From: an uncultured delta proteobacterium
GTDB lineage: Bacteria > Myxococcota_A > Polyangia > Haliangiales > Haliangiaceae
Direction of reading: 5' to 3'
Length of the DNA stretch: 64,000 nucleotides
NCBI GenBank assembly: GCA_963848295.1
Contig: CAWKDB010000010.1
Span: 2,880,001 to 2,944,000 of the forward strand
Both the position numbers and the translations under genes were made by a program. Below, in pieces: positions 29,842 through 40,080 of the stretch. The first letter of the stretch is position 1. Every line of letters starts with the position of its first letter. The notes under the pieces are model-generated. The model made no database searches. It was not told the origin of the DNA and saw only the letters and a program-made list of their open reading frames with translations.

Positions 29842-30556
29842 AGACGGTCGCGTCGTCAAAGGCATCAGCTTCGTTCAGCTCCGCGATGCCGGCGATCCGG
29901 TCGAGCAAGCCGCCGCCTACGACGCGCAAGGCGCCGACGAGCTGTGTTACCTCGACATCTCCGCGTCGCCCGAGGGTCGGGCCACGCTCGTCGAGATCGT
30001 CGCGCGCACCGCAGATCAGATCTTCGCGCCGCTCACGGTCGGTGGAGGCGTGCGCTCGGTCGCGGATGCCGAGCGCTTGCTCGAAGCCGGCGCCGACAAG
30101 ATCGCGGTCAACACCGCCGCACTGCGCCGCCCCGAGCTAATCGCGGAGATCGCGGCGCGGTTCGGCACGCAGGCGATCGTGATCGCAGTCGATGCGAAAC
30201 GCGACGGCACTGCGTGGGGCGTGTTCAGCAACGGCGGACGCACGCCCGAGGGCCTCGACGCCCTCACGTGGTGCCGCCGCGTCGCCGACCTCGGCGCGGG
30301 TGAGCTGCTCGTGACGAGCATGGATCGCGACGGCACCGGCACCGGCTACGATCTCGAGCTCGTGGCGGCGGTCGCGACCGCGGTTTCGATCCCGGTCATC
30401 GCGTCGGGCGGAGTCGGCGAGCTCGCGCACCTCGCCGACGGTCTCGAAGCCGGCGCCGACGCGGTGCTCGCCGCCTCGATCTTCCACTTCGGCACGCACA
30501 CGATCGGCGAGGCGAAGCGGTTCCTGTCGGATCGCGGCATCAGCGTACGTCGCTGA
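29801..30556 (+). CDS. hisF: Imidazole glycerol phosphate synthase, cyclase subunit
   Basis: [51 protein letters not shown]. Confidence 0.96.
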   Translation: MTLARRIIPCLDVKDGRVVKGISFVQLRDAGDPVEQAAAYDAQGADELCYLDISASPEGRATLVEIVARTADQIFAPLTVGGGVRSVADAERLLEAGADKIAVNTAALRRPELIAEIAARFGTQAIVIAVDAKRDGTAWGVFSNGGRTPEGLDALTWCRRVADLGAGELLVTSMDRDGTGTGYDLELVAAVATAVSIPVIASGGVGELAHLADGLEAGADAVLAASIFHFGTHTIGEAKRFLSDRGISVRR

Positions 30557-30787
30557 GCGGTCAACGCCGCCGAGGCCCGAGCTCTCCGAGCAGCTCGCGA
30601 TTACTTCGTAGGACCCGCTTGGCTCGAAGGATCGACACGATCAGAAGCGCGAAGGCGATCAGGACCGTGGGTAGCGAGTGACGCACGATCCCGAACGCGA
30701 TCATCGGGCCACTGAGCCCGATCCCCCAGCCGTCGCCGGAGCTCGCATGCGGCCGCTATCGACCGGCTCGCGCGAGGGTTGCCGGGC

Positions 30788-30877
30788 GGTTGACAAAGTG
30801 AACACCGTCCCCAGCTAAAGCGCTGGGATCGTTCCGTTCTTGATCGGGCGAGGGTTGACAGAGTGAACACCGTCCCC
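30788..30877 (-). repeat. Dispersed repeat doublet, subtype I
   Basis: GGTTGACA(A/G)AGTGAACACCGTCCCC at 30788-30812 and 30853-30877; 65-bp period. Confidence 0.93.
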
Positions 30878-30917
30878 GTAATTGACTTCGCGATCTGCGA
30901 CCGCGAATGTACGAGGC

Positions 30918-31559
30918 GTGCCACAGCCGGTGTTCGACGATCGCGGGTTGGTGCCGTGCATCGTGCAAGATGCCGACGTCGGCACGGTGCTGATGCTCGC
31001 TTGGATGAACGCGGAGGCGCTGGAGGCGACGCGGAGGACCGGTGTGGTGCACTTCTGGTCGCGATCGCGCCAGGCGTTGTGGAAGAAGGGCGAGACGTCG
31101 GGCAACACGCTCGCGCTGGTGGAGCTCAGGCTCGATTGCGATGCGGATACGGTCCTCGCGCGCGTTCGCCCCGCGGGGCCGACCTGCCACACCGGCGCGA
31201 TCAGCTGCTTCGGCGCCGCGCCGCACAATCTCGATGAACCGGCCTCGACGATCATCGATCGGCTCGCACGCACGCTCGCGGCGCGCCGCGACTCGGCGAC
31301 GGGAGTGAAGAGCTATACGAAGTCGCTGCTCGATGCCGGCATGCCGAAGATCCTCGCGAAGATCGCCGAGGAGCACGGCGAGCTGGCGGCCGAGCTGCCC
31401 TCTGGCGACGATGCCGACGTCGTCCACGAGACGGCCGACCTGTTGTTCCACGTCATGGTCGGGCTCACCGCGCGCAAGATCCCGATCGAGAACGTGCTCC
31501 GCGAGCTCGCGCGCCGGTTCGGGACGAGCGGTCACGTCGAGAAGGCGTCGCGCTCGTGA
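30918..31559 (+). CDS. hisIE: Bifunctional PR-AMP cyclohydrolase / PR-ATP pyrophosphatase
   Basis: [53 protein letters not shown]. Confidence 0.95.
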   Translation: MPQPVFDDRGLVPCIVQDADVGTVLMLAWMNAEALEATRRTGVVHFWSRSRQALWKKGETSGNTLALVELRLDCDADTVLARVRPAGPTCHTGAISCFGAAPHNLDEPASTIIDRLARTLAARRDSATGVKSYTKSLLDAGMPKILAKIAEEHGELAAELPSGDDADVVHETADLLFHVMVGLTARKIPIENVLRELARRFGTSGHVEKASRS

Positions 31560-33578
31560 TCGAGCTCGATCCGTCGGCCCTACTCGCGCCTGGCGGCGGG
31601 CTCGACCGCGCGATTCCGTACTACGAAGATCGCGCCGAGCAGCGCTTGATGTCGGCGGCAGTGACGCGCGCGCTCGAAGATGCGCGACCGCTCGATCGTC
31701 GAAGCCGGTACCGGCACCGGCAAGACGCTCGCCTATCTCATCCCGGCGCTACAATCCGGCAAGCGCGTCGTGGTGTCGACCGGCACGCGCGCGCTGCAAG
31801 ATCAGATCGCGCGTCACGACATCCCGTTGCTGCGTACGATCGTGTCGCGCCCGTTCACCGCGGTCGTGCTCAAGGGCGTCGCGAACTACGTGTGCAAGCG
31901 CCGGCTCGCCGAGGCGACGTCGCGGCTCACGCTGCCATCGTTTGCGGGCGAGGCGCGCGGCGGCAAAGAAACGCTCGCGCTCGCCGATTGGGCCGAGCAC
32001 ACCGAGACTGGCGATCGCTCCGAGGTCGAATGGCTCGCCGAGTCCGCGCCGCTCTGGGCCGAGGTCACGACGACGCCGGATGCTCGGATCGGCCCGCGCT
32101 GTCCGTACTTCGAGCGCTGCTTCGTGACCCAGGCGCGCCGGCTCGCCGAGCAGGCGCAGCTGATCCTCGTCAACCATCACCTCTACTTCGCCGATCGCGC
32201 ACTGCGCGCTTCTCATCCGGGGGCTCGGGTGTTGCCGGATCACGACGCGGTGATCTTCGACGAAGCGCATCAGCTCGAAGACGTCGCGACCGAGCACTTC
32301 GGTGCGCGGATCTCGACGCAACAACTCGGCTTGCTCGTCCGCGATGCGCACGTCGCGCTCGCACGCATGCCGCTGTGGACCGGCCGCGCGTCCGACGACA
32401 CGATCCACGCGGTCGAACGCGCGGGCATCCAGTTGTTCGCCGCGGTCCGCGGTCCCCTCGCGACGGCCGGCGAAGCTCGCGTGCCGTTGCCCGAAGGGCT
32501 GTTCGATGATCCCGCACGTCAGACCGCGTGGTTCAAGCTCGACACCGCCCTCGAAGATCTCGCGCGCACCGCCGAGGCCGAAGCCGAGCCGCCGCCGGAT
32601 GAGCAGACGGACGCGGATTCGTCCGCGCGTGGCAGCCTCGCCGGCCTCGCGCGCCGCGCACGCCAACTGCGCGATGCACTCGCCACGATCGCGGAGCAAC
32701 GCGACCAACGCCACGTCTACTGGGGCGAGTCGCGGCCGAGCTCGATCGCGCTCACCGCATCGCCGATCGACGTCGCGGATCTGGTTCGCAGGCACATCGT
32801 CACCGCCGGCCCGACCCCGGTGTTCACGTCGGCGACGCTCGCCGCCGCCGGCGACTTCAGCTACACGCGCTCGCGCCTCGGCCTCGCGAATCCCGAGGAG
32901 GTCGACGAGCTGCTCGTGCCGTCGCCGTTCGATTACTCGCGCCAAGCGCTGCTCTACGTGCCGCGCGACCTGCCGACGCCGACCCGCGATGGCTGGACCG
33001 CCGCAGCCGCCGAGCGCACCGAGGAGCTCCTCGCGCTGACCGGCGGCCGCGCGTTCTTGCTGTTCACGTCGCATCGCACGCTGCGCGACGCCGCGGCACG
33101 CCTCGCGAAGGTGCCGTATCCGAAGCTCGTGCAGGGCGACGCCCCGCGCGCCACGCTCGTCGATCGATTTCGCGCGACGCCCGGTGCGATCTTGCTCGGC
33201 ACCAGCTCGTTCTGGGAAGGCGTCGACGTCCCCGGCGAGGCGCTCAGCCTCGTCGTCATCGACAAGCTGCCGTTCCAGGCGCACACCGATCCGCTCGTCG
33301 CGGCGCGGATGACTGCCGCCGGCAAAGCCGGTCGCGATCCGTTCGAGACGATCCAGCTCCCCGCCGCCGCGCTCGCGCTCAAGCAGGGCTTCGGCCGCTT
33401 GATCCGCCGCCGCGATGACCGCGGCATCGTCGCGATCCTCGACAGCCGCGTCGTCACGAAGACCTATGGCCGGGTGTTTCTCGACACGCTGCCCGCCGGC
33501 TTGCCGCGCACCTCGGCGTTCGAGCAGGTGCGGCGGTGGTGGGCTACCGCTTCGCGGCCCGACACGCTTCCGCTTTGA
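31556..33578 (+). CDS. DinG/YoaA-family Fe-S helicase; one frameshift near 31693
   Basis: N-terminal [10 protein letters not shown] in the 31556 frame; [39 protein letters not shown] in the 31680 frame; one extra base in CTCGATC. Confidence 0.9.
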
Positions 33579-34728
33579 ACCGCGTGACGAGCGCGCCATC
33601 GCCGTCGGGACTCGCCGCGAGCTTGGCCCACAACAGGATCAACATTTCCGGACGAACGCCCGGATCGTCGAATGCCGCGAGATCCCCGATCGCTTGTGCG
33701 AGCTCTCCGCGGTGCATCGTCACGAAGATCTTGTCCTTCGTCGCAGCCGCGGCACCGGCCTTCGCGAACATCGCATCCGCTTCGTCGGGGCGGTTCCCGA
33801 TCTCTGCCTGGACCGCGAGCGTCGAGAGCGTTGCATCATCGGTCTTCGACAGCGACGCGACGATCTTCGCGCGCAGAGCCGCCGCCGCATCGTGATCGCC
33901 ATGTGCGTCGAGTACGGCACCGAGCGCGAGCCGATCGTCGAGGCCGCTGATGTCGGCCGCACTTGCCGGCGCTTCGGTCGGCAGCGTGTCGACGAGCTCG
34001 CTCGTCTCGCGCAACAACGCGTCGAGCTCGCTCGCGTGCGCTTCAACGGCGGCGTTGATCACGAGCTCGAGGACGTACGCGCGCCACTCCGGCTTGGGTT
34101 CCGCCGCGGCGATCGCGCGCGCCTCCGCGACTTTGCCGAGCCACACGAGCGCCTCGGCGCGCTGGGCGTGCACCGGCGGCCCATCGAAGCTGGGTGTCAG
34201 CTTCGTCGCTTCGGCGTAGGCATGCTCGGCGGCCGGCCGATTGCCGGCTCGCGCCGCACCTTCAGCGACGAGCAGCAGGCCCATCACGTCCCCGGCGACG
34301 AGGCTCTCGGCGCGCGCGGGGTCGCCGGTCCACGCGACGATCATGGCCTCGACCGGTGCGGTCGCGACGCCGTCGTGCGGCGGCGGCTCGGCCTTCGCGT
34401 GTGCGAGCGCACGCTCGTTGATCGATCGCGCCGCCGTCGAATCGCCGAGTCTGGCGAGCCAGAACGCGACCGCGGCTAGATCATCGGCTTCGTGCAACGC
34501 GGCGCCCAGGCGCTCGAGCGCGGTGACCGCGACGGTCGGTGGCGCGTTCTCGAACAGCGATTGGCAGAGAAGCGATGCGATGTGAAAGTGCACGGCTTCG
34601 TACACCCCATCGACCGCGTGCACCGCACAATCGAGCGTGGCGTCGAGCTCGCGCGGATCGACCGGCACCGCCGGCGTGTGCTTGCACGCGGCCAAGACGA
34701 TCAGCGCCGCCGCAGCGCGCCGGGTCAC
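33544..34728 (-). CDS. Hypothetical lipoprotein with TPR-like helices
   Basis: GTG overlapping the folK stop; RRAAAALIVLAAC lipobox; Ala-rich helical repeats. Confidence 0.65.
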   Translation of the reverse strand: MTRRAAAALIVLAACKHTPAVPVDPRELDATLDCAVHAVDGVYEAVHFHIASLLCQSLFENAPPTVAVTALERLGAALHEADDLAAVAFWLARLGDSTAARSINERALAHAKAEPPPHDGVATAPVEAMIVAWTGDPARAESLVAGDVMGLLLVAEGAARAGNRPAAEHAYAEATKLTPSFDGPPVHAQRAEALVWLGKVAEARAIAAAEPKPEWRAYVLELVINAAVEAHASELDALLRETSELVDTLPTEAPASAADISGLDDRLALGAVLDAHGDHDAAAALRAKIVASLSKTDDATLSTLAVQAEIGNRPDEADAMFAKAGAAAATKDKIFVTMHRGELAQAIGDLAAFDDPGVRPEMLILLWAKLAASPDGDGALVTRFKAEACRAAKR

Positions 34729-35231
34729 CACGTCTCCGCGATCTCCTCGATCGTTTGCTCGCGCAGCGCGCGGTCGAGCACCGCAGCGGTCTGATCCGTG
34801 CCAGGGATCGCGACGTCGCCGAGCAACGCGATCAACGGGCGCAGCGCGAACCGACGTCCTGCGAGTCGCGGATGCGGCACGTCGAGCTCGGGCGTGCGTA
34901 TCACACGTTCGCCCCACACCAGGATGTCGAGATCGATCGAGCGCGGTCCCCAGCGCGTTTCGTTCGACCGCTGCCGCCCGAGCAAGCGCTCGATCTCGAG
35001 TAGCGTCGCGATCAGCTCGCCCGGCGTCGCGTCGCTCACCCTGACCAAGGCTGCCGAATTCAAGAACGCGGCCTGCGCCGGCCCGATCGCCGCGGTGCGA
35101 TACAGCGGCGCGGACTTCACCGCCCCGAGCTGCGCCAACGCTTCGCGCGCGCGGCCGAACCGCGCGACGATCGCCCCGTCGGCGCCGATGTTGCCGCCGA
35201 TCCCGACGACGAGCGCGTCGGGTGCGATCAT
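34725..35231 (-). CDS. folK: 2-amino-4-hydroxy-6-hydroxymethyldihydropteridine diphosphokinase
   Basis: VGIGGNIG, FLNSA, RWGPRSIDLDIL, LDVPHPRLAGRRFALRPL. Confidence 0.92.
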   Translation of the reverse strand: MIAPDALVVGIGGNIGADGAIVARFGRAREALAQLGAVKSAPLYRTAAIGPAQAAFLNSAALVRVSDATPGELIATLLEIERLLGRQRSNETRWGPRSIDLDILVWGERVIRTPELDVPHPRLAGRRFALRPLIALLGDVAIPGTDQTAAVLDRALREQTIEEIAETW

Positions 35232-35884
35232 TCGCGCGCGACGACCGGGTTGCGCAACACGCCGATGCCTTCGATCTCGATCTCGACGACATCGCCCGGC
35301 GACAGGTTGCCCACCCCGGCCGGCGTCCCGGTCGTGATCACGTCGCCGGGCTCGAGCGTCATGTATTGGCTGCAGAACGCGATCAACGTCGCGACATCGA
35401 AGATCAGGTCCGAGGTCGACGAGTCTTGCCGGATGGCTCCGTTGACCCGCGTCTTGATCGCGAGCGCACGCGGGTCCAAGCCCGCGACGATCTTCGGCCC
35501 GAGCGGGCAGAACGTATCGAACCCCTTCGCGCGCGCCCATTGGCCGTCTTTCTTCTGTAGATCTCGCACGCTGACATCGTTGCAGCACGTGAAGCCGAGC
35601 ACGACGTCGAGCGCCCGCTCGCGAGTCACGCGCCGTGCCCGTTGGCCGATCACGACCGCGAGCTCGCCTTCGAAGTCGACGCGGTCGTAGCCCGCGGGGC
35701 GTTCGATCACAGCGCCCGACGGCAGCAGCGCCGAGCGCGGCTTCAAAAACATCAGCGGCTCGTCGGGGATGCTCTTGCCCATCTCGACCGCGTGCGCGCG
35801 ATAATTCTGGCCAATGCCGATGATCTTGCTCGGAACCAGGTCGAACGCTTCGCTCCGGCCGGCGCGGACTACGTCGATAAGCAT
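35228..35884 (-). CDS. Fumarylacetoacetate hydrolase-family protein
   Basis: KIIGIGQNYRAH, DFEGELAVVIG, NDVSVRDLQ, AKGFDTFCPLGP, GDVITTGTPAGVG. Confidence 0.92.
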   Translation of the reverse strand: MLIDVVRAGRSEAFDLVPSKIIGIGQNYRAHAVEMGKSIPDEPLMFLKPRSALLPSGAVIERPAGYDRVDFEGELAVVIGQRARRVTRERALDVVLGFTCCNDVSVRDLQKKDGQWARAKGFDTFCPLGPKIVAGLDPRALAIKTRVNGAIRQDSSTSDLIFDVATLIAFCSQYMTLEPGDVITTGTPAGVGNLSPGDVVEIEIEGIGVLRNPVVARE

Positions 35885-35956
35885 GAGGGGAAAGGTAGGA
35901 CACCGTCGCCCCCGTGTCATTGATCCCTTGCGTTGTGCCCCGTACAATTTACGTCG

Positions 35957-38221
35957 ATGGGCCGGGCTCCCAATCCTGGTGGGCCGCAACGCGTGTCTGC
36001 GCACGTAGTCGCGAAGCCCAAGGCATTTTCGGAGAACGACGAAGAAGAGCGGACGACGCTGGAATCGTCGTGGGAAGAAGAGCCGAGCACCACCGTCGAA
36101 GAGGGCGATGCAGCGGACCGGATCCGCGAGCTCAGCGGTGGGCCACCGAAGCGACCGAACGGTTTCGGAGCGAGCTTCACGTCGACGACCGGTAGCCGGC
36201 TCGAGGAGCCCACCGTCGACGATCAGCACATGCCGCAGGGCCTGCTGCTCTCGCTCCCGGTCTCCCGACTCGTCGTCATCGGCGGCAACGATACCGGCCA
36301 AGAGCTCGAGGTCAAACCCGGCAAGAGCTACACGATCGGTCGCGCGATCGGCAACGACATCGTGCTCACCGACATAGCGGTGTCGCGCCAGCACTTCGAC
36401 CTGCGCAACGCCGACGGTTCCTGGGTGCTCGTCGACCGCGGCTCCGGTAACGGCACGGTGGTCAACGGCAACATCGAAGACAACCCGTTCATGCTCGCGA
36501 ACGGTGACGTCATCGAGATCGGCAACACGCAGTTCCGCTTCGACCTGCCGAACGGCGCGCCGCGCGCGAACGAGACGATGGATGTCAGCGTCATCGAAGA
36601 GGTCGTGGAGTCCGACATCGATGCCGAGGAGATGTCGACCGTGGTCGGCAAGCCGTTGCGCAGCGATCAGGTCGAGAAGACCGAGATCGACGCGCAGCCG
36701 TACACCGGCGCGCGGCCGTATTCAGGCGCGCCCGCCTCCCTCCCGGCGCCGCTGCCAGCACCGTTATCGCGACCGCCGGATCGCGCACGCGGACCGAGCA
36801 GCGGCCCACTCGCGCCGCTGTCCGGGATGCCGAGCTCGGGCTCGTCGATGCCGACGTCACCGATCGCAGTGCAGGCTCCACTGCCGGCCCCGGGTCGCGG
36901 ACCCGCGATCGGTTCGCAGGCGCCGACGATGCTCGCCCAACCCGCGCTCGCTCGTCCGGGGATGGCCGCGACGACCTTGCCCGGCCAAGGCATGATGTCA
37001 CCGTCGGCGCCGCAACAGGTTTCGCCGGCTGCGCTGTACGGCTATCCGAACGGCTCCGATCTTCCGCCGCAGAACGTGGCGCGCAACGCCCAGATGCTCG
37101 TGATCTCGCAGCAGGGCCGGCGCAACGACGCGTCGACTCAACACGTCGCGCCGATCTCGTATGGGATGCGACCCTCGGGCCAGCGCGCCGCGTTCGCACC
37201 GGCGAAGCTGTCGCAGCGCGCGCGGCTGATCGTCGCCGGGATCGGGCTCACGCTGTTCGCGATGGTCATCACGGTCGCGGTGATTCGCTCGGGTGGCAAC
37301 GCGAGCACCGTTGCCGCGGGCTCGAGCGAAGCGCCGCCGCCGGCAGCGCCGCCCCCGAGCGCCCCGCCGGTCGTCGCGCCGAACCCGCCCGCGGTCGATC
37401 CGCCCAAGCCGCCGTCGGTAGCGGTGATCACCCCGCCTGCGGTCGATCCGCCCAAGCCCGCCGCCGTCGCTCCACCCACGACCGCGCCACAAAAGGTCGT
37501 GGTCGTCGATCCGCCCAAGCCCGTCGTCATTCCCCCGAAGCCCGCGGTCGATCCGCACAAGCCCGCGCCGGTCGAAAACAAGCGCGTCGCCCGCCAGAAC
37601 CAGCCGACGCCGAAGCGCCAACCGGAGCCCAGGTCCGAGCCGAAGCGCGTCGCCGCGGTCGATATCTCCTCCTACAAGGCCAAAGCCGACGAGCTTTATC
37701 ACGCGAAGCGTTTCAACGACGCCGCACAAGCTGCACGGTCGGGAATCAGGGTCGCATCCGACGACGACGCGCACGCGCTCAAGTCGATCGCCGCGCTCTA
37801 CGAGCAACTAGGCCGTTGGTACAGCACCGGCATGGCTGCGAGCACGAGACCTACCGACGCGTTCGCGGCGCTACGCAAGGCCGAGAACCTCGATCGCTCG
37901 GCCGGTGGCGCGCTTACCGATGACATCCACGCGAGGCTGTCGAGCGTCTCGCCGAAAGCTGCGGTCGCGTTCTATGTCGTGAAGGACTACGAAAATGCCT
38001 ACACCGCCGTGCGCACGTCGGAGAGCCTCGGCGCCGCGAACGGCACGGTGAAGACGGTGCGCGAGAAGCTCGAGATCTTGGCCGGCACGCTCTACGGCGA
38101 GGCGGCCAAGTCGATCGACTCGTCGCCGGATCAGGCGAAGGACAAGCTGCGCCGGATCCAGAAGATGGTGGACGCGAAGAACCAGTGGTACGTCAAGGCG
38201 CAAAAGCTGCTCGGCGGCTGA
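35957..38221 (+). CDS. FHA-domain membrane protein with Pro-rich linkers and a helical C-terminal domain
   Basis: TIGRAIGNDIVLTDIAVSRQH...DRGSGNGTVVNG FHA motif; single TM LIVAGIGLTLFAMVITVAVI; VDPPKP repeats. Confidence 0.85.
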   Translation: MGRAPNPGGPQRVSAHVVAKPKAFSENDEEERTTLESSWEEEPSTTVEEGDAADRIRELSGGPPKRPNGFGASFTSTTGSRLEEPTVDDQHMPQGLLLSLPVSRLVVIGGNDTGQELEVKPGKSYTIGRAIGNDIVLTDIAVSRQHFDLRNADGSWVLVDRGSGNGTVVNGNIEDNPFMLANGDVIEIGNTQFRFDLPNGAPRANETMDVSVIEEVVESDIDAEEMSTVVGKPLRSDQVEKTEIDAQPYTGARPYSGAPASLPAPLPAPLSRPPDRARGPSSGPLAPLSGMPSSGSSMPTSPIAVQAPLPAPGRGPAIGSQAPTMLAQPALARPGMAATTLPGQGMMSPSAPQQVSPAALYGYPNGSDLPPQNVARNAQMLVISQQGRRNDASTQHVAPISYGMRPSGQRAAFAPAKLSQRARLIVAGIGLTLFAMVITVAVIRSGGNASTVAAGSSEAPPPAAPPPSAPPVVAPNPPAVDPPKPPSVAVITPPAVDPPKPAAVAPPTTAPQKVVVVDPPKPVVIPPKPAVDPHKPAPVENKRVARQNQPTPKRQPEPRSEPKRVAAVDISSYKAKADELYHAKRFNDAAQAARSGIRVASDDDAHALKSIAALYEQLGRWYSTGMAASTRPTDAFAALRKAENLDRSAGGALTDDIHARLSSVSPKAAVAFYVVKDYENAYTAVRTSESLGAANGTVKTVREKLEILAGTLYGEAAKSIDSSPDQAKDKLRRIQKMVDAKNQWYVKAQKLLGG

Positions 38222-38222
38222 C

Positions 38223-38594
38223 CTATTCGAGGAGCCGGCCGATCACCTTCTCGAGCTTCTCGAATTCGAACGGCTTGTCGATGTGAGCATCGGCGCCGTA
38301 GATCGGGGACGTGATCTCGTTCACGTGCTCGCCGATCGCGGTGACCATCACGATCTTGATCGCCGACGTGGCCGGATCTTGCTTGAGGGCGCGCGCGACT
38401 TCCCAGCCGGATTTGCCGGGCATCATCACGTCGAGCAGCATGATGTCGGGCTTGCCCTTCTTCGCTTGCGCGATCGCACTCGTGCCGTCGCTCGCGGTTG
38501 TCACTTTGTAGCCACGCTTGCCGAGCCGCGTGCTGAGCAAGGTCACGATCTCGGGATCGTCGTCCACCACCAGGATGCTCGCGGCCTTGGTCAT
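38223..38594 (-). CDS. Single-domain response regulator
   Basis: ILVVDDD, PDIMLLDVMMPG, MVTA, IDKPF. Confidence 0.92.
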   Translation of the reverse strand: MTKAASILVVDDDPEIVTLLSTRLGKRGYKVTTASDGTSAIAQAKKGKPDIMLLDVMMPGKSGWEVARALKQDPATSAIKIVMVTAIGEHVNEITSPIYGADAHIDKPFEFEKLEKVIGRLLE

Positions 38595-38649
38595 GGCGGG
38601 ACGCTACGGCCGCGGGCCTGACGCCGTCAAGCTGTGTTAGGACCCGCCG

Positions 38650-39609
38650 GTGGCTCGCCGCACGTGGCTCTGGCTCCTGATCGCGCTGGTCATCGGCGTC
38701 GCGGCGATATCCGCGATCGGCGACGTCCGGCAGATCGGAGAGAAGCTGGCCGGGTTTGGTTGGTGGGCCCTCGCCGCGACGCTCGGGCTCGCGCTCGTCA
38801 ACTACGCGCTGCGGTTCGTGCGCTGGCAGCTGTACTTGCGACGCCAAGCGGTCTCGGTACCAACGAGCTCGAGTGCGATCGTGTTCGGTGCCGGGCTATC
38901 TCTGTCGATCACGCCGGCCAAGCTCGGCGAGCTCGTGAAGAGCTACTTGCTGCGCGAGCTGCACGACGTGCCGGCGGTCCAGACCGCGCCGATCGTCGTC
39001 GCCGAACGGGTCAGCGATCTCGTCGCGCTGCTCGGGCTCGCCGTGATCGGCGTCGCCGCGTACGGCGTGCAAACGACGCTGGTCGCGGTCGCCGCCGGCG
39101 CGGTCGCGTTCGGGCTCGTGTTGCTCGCCTGGCCGCGGCCGACCCGCGCGCTGATCGATCTCGTGACCACGCCTGCGAAGCTGCGCCGACTGCGCGCACC
39201 GTTGCAAGAGATGTACGGCGGGCTCGCGACCCTCTGCCGGCCCAAGACGCTGATCATCGCGACCGTGATCGCGATCCCCGCGTGGTCGTGCGAGTGCATC
39301 GGGTTCGCGCTGATCTGTGACGCGTTTCCCGGCGCGCACATCGCGCTCGGCCTCGCGATGGTGATCTACGCCGCGACGACGATCGCCGGCGCGCTGTCGT
39401 TCCTGCCGGGCGGTCTCGGCGTCACCGAGGGCGCGATGACGTTCGCGCTGGTCTCGGGCGCGGCGCACCTCGATGCCTCGACCGCACTCGCCGCGACGCT
39501 GTTGACCCGGCTCGCGACGCTGTGGTTCGCGGTCGTGCTCGGTATCGGCTTCCTGACGGTCGCTCGCCGCCGGATCGCGAGCCGCGCCAACCCGGCACGC
39601 GCGACCTGA
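38650..39609 (+). CDS. LPG_synthase_TM / flippase-like membrane protein
   Basis: LRFVRWQLYL, ITPAKLGELVK, AERVSDL, LPGGLGVTEG, TRLATLWF. Confidence 0.85.
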   Translation: MARRTWLWLLIALVIGVAAISAIGDVRQIGEKLAGFGWWALAATLGLALVNYALRFVRWQLYLRRQAVSVPTSSSAIVFGAGLSLSITPAKLGELVKSYLLRELHDVPAVQTAPIVVAERVSDLVALLGLAVIGVAAYGVQTTLVAVAAGAVAFGLVLLAWPRPTRALIDLVTTPAKLRRLRAPLQEMYGGLATLCRPKTLIIATVIAIPAWSCECIGFALICDAFPGAHIALGLAMVIYAATTIAGALSFLPGGLGVTEGAMTFALVSGAAHLDASTALAATLLTRLATLWFAVVLGIGFLTVARRRIASRANPARAT

Positions 39610-39705
39610 CCTGCGCTGCCTTTTCCACACCGCCGGTGGTGCAATTCGCTCGACCGACACGAGCCCGCGATCGCACACGACCGTTGCAACGCGCCGCGCC
39701 GTGGC

Positions 39706-39768
39706 GGTGTTGATGTCGTCTGCCGGGGTGCTGATGTCGTCTGCCGGGGTGTTGATGTCGTCTGCCGG
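39706..39768 (+). repeat. 3 x 21-bp tandem repeat
   Basis: GGTG(T/C)TGATGTCGTCTGCCGG at 39706, 39727 and 39748. Confidence 0.9.
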
Positions 39769-40014
39769 GTGTTCTTGCTCGCCGCGTTTGCCGCGGTCGG
39801 CGTGATCGTCGCGATGCGGCCGTTGCTCGTGACGCGCCTGCACCGCCGGCGCATCGCGCTCGTGCTGGCGCTCGTCGCAGTGGTGGTCGTGTGTTCGCTC
39901 GCCGGCCAGTACCTGTTCGATCAGGGAGGCCTCTGGGTCCGGACAGGCTTGCCGCGACCGCCGGCGGCGCATGCAACCGGGGCCGAGGCCAAGGGATCGC
40001 GGCGCGTTCCTTAG
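39769..40014 (+). CDS. Small two-TM membrane protein; may extend upstream into the 21-bp repeat
   Basis: FLLAAFAAVGVIVAM and IALVLALVAVVVVCSL hydrophobic helices. Confidence 0.45.
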   Translation: MFLLAAFAAVGVIVAMRPLLVTRLHRRRIALVLALVAVVVVCSLAGQYLFDQGGLWVRTGLPRPPAAHATGAEAKGSRRVP

Positions 40015-40080
40015 ATCGCGCGCGTCACTCCAGGGGTGGGCGCGGACGGGCCAACGACCACCGGGTGCTATAACCCCGAC

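Noticed and set aside
31680..31700. Programmed frameshifting in dinG, bioA or mnmE
   Set aside because: No slippery heptamers were seen at the shift sites; multiple scattered indels fit sequencing error better.
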